Below, in pieces: positions 26,972-34,694 of a stretch of DNA of 43,059 bases. The notes beneath the pieces are model-generated. The model was not told where the DNA came from and did no database searches. It saw only the letters and a list, made by a program, of their open reading frames with translations. The stretch is from assembly GCA_040005235.1 (NCBI GenBank), contig JBDTZG010000046.1, positions 1 to 43,059 of the forward strand, in the 5' to 3' direction. Position 1 is the stretch's first letter; every line of letters begins with the position of its first letter. The translations under genes and the position numbers were made by a program. The stretch comes from Acidobacteriota bacterium. GTDB taxonomy: Bacteria; Acidobacteriota; Thermoanaerobaculia; Multivoradales; UBA5704.

Positions 26972-27151
26972 ATGTCCCGAACAGATCCAATCGTCGAAGA
27001 AATCCACGCGGTTCGCGAAGAGATTGCGCGGGCGGCCGGCTACGACCTGGAGAGAATTCTGGAGACCGCCAGAGAACGGCAAGCGGCAGCCGGTGTGCAG
27101 GCGGTACGGCTTTTCCCGAAAAAGCCCGAGCTCGTCAAGAAGGCATCGTGA
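26972..27151 (+). CDS. Small putative antitoxin (DPIVEE type), 59 aa, absent from the ORF track
   Basis: MSRTDPIVEEIHAVREEIARAAGYDLERILETARERQ...; resembles small proteins usually paired with PIN toxins. Confidence 0.6.
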   Translation: MSRTDPIVEEIHAVREEIARAAGYDLERILETARERQAAAGVQAVRLFPKKPELVKKAS

Positions 27152-27180
27152 GAGGCGGACAGTGGGGACGGTCCTAAGCC

Positions 27181-27417
27181 ATGGACAAGCTCGCAGCCAT
27201 CCTGGACGCAGCCCAGACCCTCTCACACGATGAGCGGCGTCGGCTCATTTTGAAGCTGGAGGCTCTTGAAGCGGTGGAGCATTCAGGCGTCCCGCCGAGC
27301 CGGGAGCCGCTCGCAGCGCTCCGGGCTCTCTCCGGTTCGGCTCATTCCAGTTTCGCGGACATTTCGACCGACAAATACACCCACGTCGCCGCGGCCGTAC
27401 TCGACTCCGCCGATTGA
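27181..27417 (+). CDS. Small putative antitoxin
   Basis: LSHDERRRLI N-terminus and L.G...S.FADIST.KY C-terminus typical of VapB-like partners; followed by a PIN-like stub. Confidence 0.5.
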   Translation: MDKLAAILDAAQTLSHDERRRLILKLEALEAVEHSGVPPSREPLAALRALSGSAHSSFADISTDKYTHVAAAVLDSAD

Positions 27418-27496
27418 GGAGAGAGGAAGCGGGTTCGTGGACACCGACGGGTTCGTGGACCTGCCTCGCTCGATCGCTGACATGCCTGCGTGCTAG
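27414..27496 (+). pseudogene. Degenerate 5' stub of a VapC/PIN toxin
   Basis: TTG overlapping the antitoxin stop is out of frame with FVDTDGFVDL (PIN N-terminal FVDT motif); 13-bp direct repeat CGGGTTCGTGGAC at 27430 and 27448. Confidence 0.4.
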
Positions 27497-27522
27497 AGGA
27501 TCAAATCCAAGAGGTCGCGTAG

Positions 27523-27786
27523 ATGACGATCACGCTCCAGCTTTCTTCCGAACAAGAGCACCGGTTGCGGGCCGGCGCCGCCCAAAAGGATGCTCAAGTC
27601 GTACGCGAGATCCTGATTCAGGCCGTCGATTCCACGGTCGAAGGGCTTCTGCGCACCTCTTTTCATCGACTCAAAGGCAGTACGCTCACCGCATTGCTCG
27701 ATGAAATCGCTGACGGGTTTCGCGGCGCGCCTGTGTTGTCGGACGAAGCGGTATCCCGAGCTGGGATCTACGCCGACCATCCCTGA
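27523..27786 (+). CDS. Small putative antitoxin (MTITL...LSDEAVSR..IY type)
   Basis: MTITLQLSSEQEHRL start and PVLSDEAVSRAGIYADHP end, a pattern common in PIN-partner antitoxins; GAGG RBS. Confidence 0.6.
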   Translation: MTITLQLSSEQEHRLRAGAAQKDAQVVREILIQAVDSTVEGLLRTSFHRLKGSTLTALLDEIADGFRGAPVLSDEAVSRAGIYADHP

Positions 27787-27849
27787 GCATCGGCTTATTG
27801 GTAGACGCCGACAGTACCAACTAATCCGCCGACAAAGTCTTTAGCTGGC

Positions 27850-28863
27850 TCATAGAGAGCGAGATTGCCCGGTATTGGCGAGGTTTTTTAGTAGGCCTAG
27901 GTGCAGTTCGTCAAGAAACTGCCGTCCACCCGAATCAGCGATTACACGGCCATCGTAATTCACTCCATAAACTGCCACTCCAATATCGCTTCCACTTGGA
28001 CGGAACGAGCGAGTGTACAGAATCTTCGCGCTGTAAGCAGTCGCTAGTGCGGGTCCCCAAACCTCATCTAATGGAACCGAAATGGAGACAATCTCGCCAT
28101 GAGTCATGCCCTCAACAGCCTTGGAAAATGAAGGCGAATCAAGAACTGCAGGGAGATGGTCCTCAAGAGAGCCCGGGAGAGCGTCAAGAAGCTGGCGGTA
28201 TGGTTTGAAGGTATCATCGAGAAGCAATCTAAGACCCTGAAGTAAGCGTCGCATCTGGTCCGGCGGGTCCTTAACAAGGGCGTGACGAAGCGTTCGGACT
28301 TCGGCCAGAACGTCACGGATTTCGGCTTTCAGCGGATCGGCATGGCGCGCTAGGAGGTCTCCAAATAGGTGTGCAAGCTGAGTTCGAATGTGATCACGGG
28401 CGTCGGAGACCGAACCAAATGAGAGGATTGCGTTATTCCGGGGACTCTCCATAACCTCCGAGATGAATGCGAAAGTGTCTTGTGGATTTTCAAGCCCTGG
28501 GAAGCTCAGCCCGGTGTGCGTTGAGTTCGCCGCGTGAACAGCCTGAAAGGCAAGAACTTCACTGTCTACTAGGCAATAGATCGGGATCTTGCGGTCAAAC
28601 GCAGTGCGGAACTCGTTGTGGGTCACGCTTACGCCACTCACCGTGGGCGTACCATAACGCTTGCCTATGATTACGACTGCAATCTGGCACTGCGAGATCG
28701 CGGCATAGCAAGAAGTCTCGGCCGTCTGGTCTGGCAGAAAACCAACCCCGCTGTACTCACTCATCACGGGCTGGAGTCCCAGTTCTTTGATGGTATCCCT
28801 TACGGCAGAGCGTAGGTGATGAAGATCAATGATCGTGGAGCTAATAAAGACACTGGGAACCAT
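27850..28863 (-). CDS. DUF4062 domain protein (TIR/SLOG-like nucleotide-binding fold; possible defence)
   Basis: VFISST..DL...R...M.E...C...I..C.I.V.IIGKRYG...SVTHNEF..A; markedly lower GC; GAGGAG RBS before ATG 28863. Confidence 0.8.
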   Translation of the reverse strand: MVPSVFISSTIIDLHHLRSAVRDTIKELGLQPVMSEYSGVGFLPDQTAETSCYAAISQCQIAVVIIGKRYGTPTVSGVSVTHNEFRTAFDRKIPIYCLVDSEVLAFQAVHAANSTHTGLSFPGLENPQDTFAFISEVMESPRNNAILSFGSVSDARDHIRTQLAHLFGDLLARHADPLKAEIRDVLAEVRTLRHALVKDPPDQMRRLLQGLRLLLDDTFKPYRQLLDALPGSLEDHLPAVLDSPSFSKAVEGMTHGEIVSISVPLDEVWGPALATAYSAKILYTRSFRPSGSDIGVAVYGVNYDGRVIADSGGRQFLDELHLGLLKNLANTGQSRSL

Positions 28864-28904
28864 CAACTTCTCCTCTTGCTTTTCAGAGCAGGCAGTCGAT
28901 TCCC

Positions 28905-29321
28905 TCAGCGCCAGCTATGAAGCTTCAAGCCAGGAATCCGCCCAAAGTGATCGAGGTTCTCCGTTACCAAATCAGAGCCGTAGATTTGGGCCGTCGCGGC
29001 GATCAGGAGGTCGGCGTCTGAGATCAGGGCGCCCCGGCCTCGGAGGTCGGCATAGAACTCCGCGGCACGAACGACGATGGCGTCAGAGAGTGGGAGCACC
29101 ACGCTCGACCGGCATTGAATCTCGAGCCGTTCGATCTGACGGTGCGCGGCTTTCGCCAGGAGCCCGCGGAGGACCTCGAACCTCGTAATGATCGAGAAAT
29201 GAAAACGGCGGTGGTGATCAAGATACTCGCGGGCACGACGTGCGACCGAGAGATCGCGCAGCTTGAGGACCTCCGACAGAGTGTCGGTATCGATGAGCGG
29301 CGGAGTGCCCGCGGGCGTCAT
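28905..29321 (-). CDS. vapC: VapC PIN-domain toxin
   Basis: LIDTDTLS, SIITRFEVLRG, DADLLIAATA, LVTEN..HF.RIPGL. Confidence 0.9.
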   Translation of the reverse strand: MTPAGTPPLIDTDTLSEVLKLRDLSVARRAREYLDHHRRFHFSIITRFEVLRGLLAKAAHRQIERLEIQCRSSVVLPLSDAIVVRAAEFYADLRGRGALISDADLLIAATAQIYGSDLVTENLDHFGRIPGLKLHSWR

Positions 29322-29551
29322 CCTTCGCGGGACGAAAAGTGGCTGCGGTCCAGGGCGATCTCTTCGATCTCCTGGATCTGATCGTCCGAGAGACCCTCAT
29401 AGACACTCTGCCAAGCTGCGAGAGTGGCCTCAGGAGAAGTCTCGGGCTCGGAGAGAATCTCGACCTTCACCTTCTGGTGCTCTTCGAGACCTGGGTCTTC
29501 GAGAGGACGGAAGACTCCATTTTCGTAGACTGCTGTGAGGAATCGAGTCAT
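29318..29551 (-). CDS. AF2212-like (DUF104) antitoxin
   Basis: AVYENGVFRPLE...L.E.QKV.V.I; ATGA overlap with vapC. Confidence 0.85.
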   Translation of the reverse strand: MTRFLTAVYENGVFRPLEDPGLEEHQKVKVEILSEPETSPEATLAAWQSVYEGLSDDQIQEIEEIALDRSHFSSREG

Positions 29552-29626
29552 GGCGGCATTTTCCTCGCATAGCTTCAGTATCGTAGCACCGGGCGGACCC
29601 GTTCGGACGACTCACGAGAGAAAGCC

Positions 29627-30565
29627 ATGAGCACGACGATTTGGCATGAACATCAAGACCTCATCGAGGCCACTTGCCGGCGCTTGGTGGACCAGCAAGT
29701 GATCGAGCCGCTCTCCACGGACGAAGAGGAGACAGGTCGCTGGAATCTCCACGAGCTGGCGTCTCTGATCGAGGGTTACTTCCACGTCCAACTCGATCTC
29801 ACCGGGCTCTCCGAGATCGAACGTCTCGCCTACGAGAGGCGCGTCAGCTGGGACAGAGGTCTGCTCCCCAGCCCTCACAGCGAGTGGCGCCATCCGTTCT
29901 GGCTCCTCGCCGAGGGCCGACGCGTCGGCACGCTCGCCGTCCCGACGATGATCTCGGGGCGCGATCTGATCTCCGTTTCGAGCCTGTACGTCGATCCGGC
30001 GGCGCGCCGCGGCAGTATCGCCCGCCGCGCTCTCGAAGCGGTTTTCCACGCCGCTCTCGAACAGGGTGCTGGAGGAATTCGGCTCGATACGAACTGGACC
30101 TGGCAGCCTGCGGTGCGGTTCTATGCGCGCATCGGGATGTGGGTGAGGATGTGGAAACACAATCTGGTCTTTACGTGGCAAGCGGCTTTGCCGCCCTACC
30201 GAGTCGAGATCGGCGAGGCCGAAGCACGTTTCCAGATCGATGAGGACGGTCGATGGATCACGAGGGTGACCGCCCAAAATCTCGGCGACCGGCTCGGCTG
30301 GGAGCCCACCGCTCTCGACCCCGGCCTTGGTGAAGCGTTCTACTGTATCCCCGGTACTTTCGCGCTCCACCTCGCACTGGCCGGCTGGCCGCTCATTCGC
30401 TCCGACGAGACCTGGGAACACCGCCACAACTGGGCAGACGCGGGCGAGCCCGAAGGTCTTGCTTACAAAATCGAGATCTTCGAGGCCATCGACCGCAAGC
30501 GTGGGTTCGATGTCCGGACCCCGCGAATCCCGGGGCTGGGGTACCGCGACTTGAGTGAGATCTGA
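29627..30565 (+). CDS. GNAT-family N-acetyltransferase domain protein
   Basis: SLYVDPAARRGSIARRAL motif A and PAVRFYARIG motif B. Confidence 0.75.
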   Translation: MSTTIWHEHQDLIEATCRRLVDQQVIEPLSTDEEETGRWNLHELASLIEGYFHVQLDLTGLSEIERLAYERRVSWDRGLLPSPHSEWRHPFWLLAEGRRVGTLAVPTMISGRDLISVSSLYVDPAARRGSIARRALEAVFHAALEQGAGGIRLDTNWTWQPAVRFYARIGMWVRMWKHNLVFTWQAALPPYRVEIGEAEARFQIDEDGRWITRVTAQNLGDRLGWEPTALDPGLGEAFYCIPGTFALHLALAGWPLIRSDETWEHRHNWADAGEPEGLAYKIEIFEAIDRKRGFDVRTPRIPGLGYRDLSEI

Positions 30566-30577
30566 GGTCTCGTCAAA

Positions 30578-30739
30578 TTTGGAGTGCGCCGACATGTCGG
30601 CGCTTTGATCGTGGCGACGTGTCGCCACACCCACTTCGGTCGAGGCTCCGGGTTAGATGTTCCAAGGCAGAGATTCGAGGCTTCGAGAGCGCCGACGCGT
30701 CGGCGCTCGGAAAGCGGCGACACGTCGCCGCACTCCAAA
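30578..30739. repeat. REP/REPIN-like palindromic element (162 bp)
   Basis: Terminal inverted repeats TTTGGAGTGCG...CGCACTCCAAA enclosing four GCGCCGAC/GGCGAC-type palindromes. Confidence 0.75.
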
Positions 30740-30780
30740 GGGAATGCCGGGATTGATCTGCAGCGCTGCCCCCAACGAAT

Positions 30781-31141
30781 ACGGCTCGCAAGCCATGAAA
30801 TCGGGACGTAGATCAAGAATCCGGGACGCATTGCCATGATACGGGACGTATAGCCATAATTCGGGACGCAACGCCAGAATTCGGGACGAATAGCCAGAAT
30901 CTGGGACGTATTATCCGATTTAGGGACGTATAGCCAGAGTACCGGGCCGACTTACCGCTTCTTGGGACGCATTTCCGGAATACGGGACGTAATGCCCGAG
31001 AACGGGACCGCACGTCAGAGGTTGGGACGCGCGCTCGGAATACGGGACGTGTTCAGCGACTTGGGGATGTATCACCCACGATTCCGCCGCCTCACCTAAC
31101 GCCGGGACTTCCGGCCAGAAATCGGGACGTGGATCGTCAGG
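30781..31141. repeat. 20-bp period tandem array with conserved GGGACG core (18 slots)
   Basis: Exact GGGACG at 30803, 30823, 30843, 30863, 30883, 30903, 30923, 30964, 30984, 31024, 31044, 31124; one-mismatch variants at 30944, 31004, 31064, 31104. Confidence 0.9.
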
Positions 31142-31167
31142 CCGCAGCGTCCCGCGGCGTCACGGCC

Positions 31168-31557
31168 TCATCCCTTCTTCTTGGCCAGCGCGGCGGCGAT
31201 TTCTTCGCGGATCAGCTCGCGCAGGCTCTCTTTGAGGTCGGCGTCCGGCTGTTTCGCGGCCGCTCCGCGTTTGCTGGGCGGATCGGGGTTGTGGACGATC
31301 CAGTCTTCCAGCCGGTGCGGCAACGAGCGTTCGGCTTCGGCGTGGGCGAGCCGAAAGAAGTCCGAGGCCGGAACTTTGAGGTATCGCGCCAAGCCGTTCA
31401 CGTGGCGGACGCGCAGTTCCATCTGGCCGCTGAAAATCTCGTCTAAACGACCGTGGCCGATTTCCATCGCCTGCTCGACTTCGTGCTTCGTTCCCGGCGC
31501 GGCGGCAACCGCCCTGCGCACGATGTCCAGCACCGCTTTGGTGTCTTTGTCGCTCAT
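31168..31557 (-). CDS. XRE-like helix-turn-helix protein
   Basis: TKHEVEQAMEIGHGRLDEIFSGQMELRVRHVNGLARYLKVPASDFF resembles an XRE/cI-type HTH; -10 box TAGAGT 6 nt upstream of ATG. Confidence 0.65.
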   Translation of the reverse strand: MSDKDTKAVLDIVRRAVAAAPGTKHEVEQAMEIGHGRLDEIFSGQMELRVRHVNGLARYLKVPASDFFRLAHAEAERSLPHRLEDWIVHNPDPPSKRGAAAKQPDADLKESLRELIREEIAAALAKKKG

Positions 31558-31661
31558 CGTGCGACTCTATGAAGAGGAGGCGAGCGCCGCAAGCGAGCCA
31601 CCGAGCCGAGCCGGATCGGGCAAGCAGGGGAATCGCCGAAAAACTTCTCTTTCTCCGCCCT

Positions 31662-32642
31662 TCACCTCTCCTCGCCCACCGCGGCCCCGCAATGGGGGCA
31701 GCTCAACAGCTCCTGGGCGAAGGCTCCGCCGCAGTGGGCGCAGAAAATGCGGCCGGCGAGGCTGTTGGGGTCGAGCTTCTTCAGCTCCGGATAGTTGGCT
31801 TCCAGCTCCGCGGTGCTCATCCGGTCTTCTTCGGCGGCGGGTGACCAGACGACTTCGATCGCAACCACCTCACCGCTCGTCAGGGTGGCTCGTTCGGCGA
31901 GCCCGGCGCGGATTTGGGCGGCGAGGTCCGTGGTGGATGCCTCGGCGAAGGAGCGCCAGGTGACGAGGAGCAAACTGACGACGACGGTTCCGGCTCCTTC
32001 TTCCGGGCGCGGCACGATCGGAACGGCCGGAGGCGCGGCCTCCGTGACCAGCCCGCCGTCTTCGCTACGAATCAGCTCGCGGCGGAAGCGCGAACGTGCC
32101 CAATGGCAGAACTCCAGGAAGCGCGGCTCCGCGGTGGTGGCGGAGACCCCTTGCGAATTTTGGGCGGCGTAAAGCCACGACCGTTCCGCCCGTTGGAGGG
32201 CCAACACCACCTCGCGCAGCATCTCCGCCCGTCCTTCGGCGGTCCCCCCGAGCTTGCGGGCGGCGAGCGCCGCCAGCGCGGCCTGAAGCTCGCGCCGTGC
32301 GTTCCAATCGATCCCGAGAACCAGCGAGCTGAGAACCATGGAGCTGGTGGCTGGGCGAGTCCCGGAGCCTTTAGCTTGAGAACTCAGCCATGACAGAAAC
32401 ACAAACCCGCCGAGGACCACAAACATCACCATGCCCGAGCTCGATCCCCCTCCGGATCCACCGCCGGACGAGTACGAACCCGAGCTATCGCCCGAAGATC
32501 CCGAGCTGCTCCCGCTGGAGGAGCTGCTGGACCCTCCCGAAAAGCCGGAGCCGCCCATGCTGCCGCCGGTATCCTGCGCCTGCGCGGCGAGGCAGGCCAT
32601 GAAGACCCCGAGCATCCAATGCACCACGATCTTGCGGGACAC
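31662..32642 (-). CDS. DUF1517 family protein with Ser/Gly tract and C-terminal zinc ribbon (start uncertain, 32615-32735)
   Basis: Signal-like N-terminus; GGSMGGSGF+Ser/Gly tract; TM; REVVLALQR; AIEVVWSP..E.DRMS..EL..NYPEL; C-terminal CAHC...CPHC. Confidence 0.7.
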   Translation of the reverse strand: MSRKIVVHWMLGVFMACLAAQAQDTGGSMGGSGFSGGSSSSSSGSSSGSSGDSSGSYSSGGGSGGGSSSGMVMFVVLGGFVFLSWLSSQAKGSGTRPATSSMVLSSLVLGIDWNARRELQAALAALAARKLGGTAEGRAEMLREVVLALQRAERSWLYAAQNSQGVSATTAEPRFLEFCHWARSRFRRELIRSEDGGLVTEAAPPAVPIVPRPEEGAGTVVVSLLLVTWRSFAEASTTDLAAQIRAGLAERATLTSGEVVAIEVVWSPAAEEDRMSTAELEANYPELKKLDPNSLAGRIFCAHCGGAFAQELLSCPHCGAAVGEER

Positions 32643-32785
32643 GATGCGTAAGCGTAGCACTGCGGTCTTCCGGAGAGGATGGAATCTCCAGAGGAGAGCC
32701 TCCGCAGCTCTCGACGGACCCGCAAAGCCATTCATCCCTGAATAGATGCAACTGGTCCCAACCGGCTCACCCTCGCCCGCGCTAC

Positions 32786-32934
32786 GGGTCTACGATCGAC
32801 CCCGACCTCAGACGACCCGCGGGGCGAAGTGTCCTCCCTCCTTCGCATCGTGGGTCGTCGAGCTCTCCTCCTCAGCCGGCGAGGCCGGGCGGCATCCCCC
32901 CTGACGCCTCCCGATCTCGTCGGCCCCTTTTTTT
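32786..32934 (+). ncRNA. Candidate sRNA: three hairpins with C/U-rich loops and a U7 tail
   Basis: Stems 32786-32802, 32811-32859 and 32875-32924; loops TGTCCTCCCTC and CCCCCT; linker CTCTCCTCCTC; CCC-TTTTTTT end. Confidence 0.55.
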
Positions 32935-33005
32935 CTGCGCATCGAATCGGCGGCAGGCCAGCCCCGTTCATCTGGCGTTCATCCCTCTCTTGCTAGTTTG
33001 TCGAC

Positions 33006-34694
33006 ATGAAGGAAATCCCGACGTTCCGGCTCTGGATCTATGCCTTCCTTCTGGCGGGAGGTCTCGCCATGCCGTCCGTTCCGCTGATCGCCCAGACTGC
33101 GGCGGTATCTCTCCCCACGCCCGCCGAAATCGAAAAGAGCGGCGCGACGATCGGCGAGGTGACGTTTCGGCGTAGCAACATCTTCGATCCAAGCGTCCCG
33201 GCAGAGAATCGGAAGCTGTTCCGGGCGGCCAATCATCTCCACCGGACGACGCGCGAGCACGTGATCGAGGATCTCCTGCTATTCCGGCCGGGCGACCGAT
33301 ATACGGTGCAGAAGATCGAGGAATCGGAGCGCCTGCTCCGGGCGACGCACTATTTCTATGATCCGGAAATCCACGTCGTCCGCGTCGGCGAGGGGAGAGT
33401 CGACCTGCGGGTCGTCACCCGCGATGTGTGGACGCTCAAAGGAGGCGCCGGGGTCGGCCGGAGCGGCGGCACGAACTCAACCCATTTCAAGCTGGAGGAC
33501 ACGAACCTGCTCGGCACCGGGCAGACCCTGGAAGTCGAGCGATCGTCCGACGTCGACCGCACCAGCTCGCGGCTCCACTATCGGGACCCCAACGTCGGGC
33601 ACAGCCGGGTTCTCGTCGATCTCGGGTACTCGAACAACAGCGACGGCGACTTGAAGAGCTTCCAGGTCGAGCGTCCGTTCTACGCGTTCGACAGCCGTTG
33701 GGCCGCCGGACTCACGGCGGTCGCCGACGATCGGGTCGATTCGCTCTACCGGCTGGGCCACATCTTCGAGGGGTTTCGCCACAGACAGGACAAGTTCACG
33801 CTCTACGGCGGCCTGCTGCGCGGCGGTTCGCTGAGCACCGGCGGCGTGATCGACAAGGACGCGCGGGCGCATCGATTTTCGGTCGGCTTCACCTACGAAC
33901 GCAATCGGTTCGCGCCCGACCCCGACCGGCGGCCGCCCGCCGTTCTGCCGCCCGACCGGACGCTCGCCTATCCTTGGCTCGCGTTCGATTCGGTGGGCAA
34001 CGACTACTGGAAGACGCGCAACTTCGATCAGCTCGGCCGGGCCGAAGACCTCTCGCTCGGGCGACGCTTCCACGGCCGGCTCGGGTTTTCCTCCACCGCG
34101 TTCGGTGCCCATCTCAATGAAGGGATCTTCGACAGCTCGGCGAGCTGGGGGGTTCGGCCGGCCGCGCATCCCGCCCAGACGATTTTACTTTCCGGCACCG
34201 CCTCCGGTCGCTACGGCTCGGCCGGCGGCCGGAACCTGCAAGCGGGCCTGAGAGGGCGCTACTACATCCGGAATTTCGGCGAGCAGCTGTTCCTCGCGTC
34301 GCTCGAAGCGGATGCCACCCATCGGCTCGACCCGGAAAACCAGCTGCTCTTAGGGGGCGACAGCGGCCTGCGCGGCTACCCGCTGCGTTATCAGGACGGC
34401 GACCACCGGATTCTCTTCTCGCTCGAACAGCGGGTGTTCACGAATTGGTATCCCTTCCGCCTGTTCCACGTCGGCGGCGCGATCTTCTTCGACGCGGGCC
34501 GGGTCTGGTCGAACGATCCAGCCAAGTCGGCGCAGATCCAAGGGCTTCTCAAGGACATCGGCTTCGGATTGCGTCTGGGCTCCAGCCGCTCGTCGCTTGG
34601 CTCGATCGTCCACCTAGACCTCGCCTTTCCCTTGGACGGCGACAGTTCGATCAAGAGGGTACAATACCTGGTGACATCGAGCACCGGGTTCTAG
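33006..34694 (+). CDS. Omp85/BamA-TamA-like outer membrane protein with POTRA domain
   Basis: Signal peptide; TREHVIEDLL...ESERLLR POTRA; DTNLLGTG; GLRGYP; FFDAG; D.GFGLR; HLDLAFP; terminal F. Confidence 0.8.
   Translation: MKEIPTFRLWIYAFLLAGGLAMPSVPLIAQTAAVSLPTPAEIEKSGATIGEVTFRRSNIFDPSVPAENRKLFRAANHLHRTTREHVIEDLLLFRPGDRYTVQKIEESERLLRATHYFYDPEIHVVRVGEGRVDLRVVTRDVWTLKGGAGVGRSGGTNSTHFKLEDTNLLGTGQTLEVERSSDVDRTSSRLHYRDPNVGHSRVLVDLGYSNNSDGDLKSFQVERPFYAFDSRWAAGLTAVADDRVDSLYRLGHIFEGFRHRQDKFTLYGGLLRGGSLSTGGVIDKDARAHRFSVGFTYERNRFAPDPDRRPPAVLPPDRTLAYPWLAFDSVGNDYWKTRNFDQLGRAEDLSLGRRFHGRLGFSSTAFGAHLNEGIFDSSASWGVRPAAHPAQTILLSGTASGRYGSAGGRNLQAGLRGRYYIRNFGEQLFLASLEADATHRLDPENQLLLGGDSGLRGYPLRYQDGDHRILFSLEQRVFTNWYPFRLFHVGGAIFFDAGRVWSNDPAKSAQIQGLLKDIGFGLRLGSSRSSLGSIVHLDLAFPLDGDSSIKRVQYLVTSSTGF

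Noticed and set aside
27787-27850. Integron attC-like site (CCAACTAA...TTAGCTGG inverted repeat)
   Set aside because: Too short, no proper RYYYAAC/GTTRRRY ends, not repeated between the other small genes, and no integron integrase
30781-31141. CRISPR or TIGR array interpretation of the 20-bp repeat
   Set aside because: The unit is far shorter than a CRISPR repeat plus spacer, there are no box C/D-like motifs or 36-nt period, and no cas or Nop-domain gene is in the window
26959-31661. Defined prophage, IS or integrative element
   Set aside because: No integrase, transposase, tRNA target or flanking direct repeats could be found by eye
32431-32745. Pro/Glu-rich low-complexity ORF
   Set aside because: It is the antisense reading of the Ser/Gly tract of the DUF1517 gene
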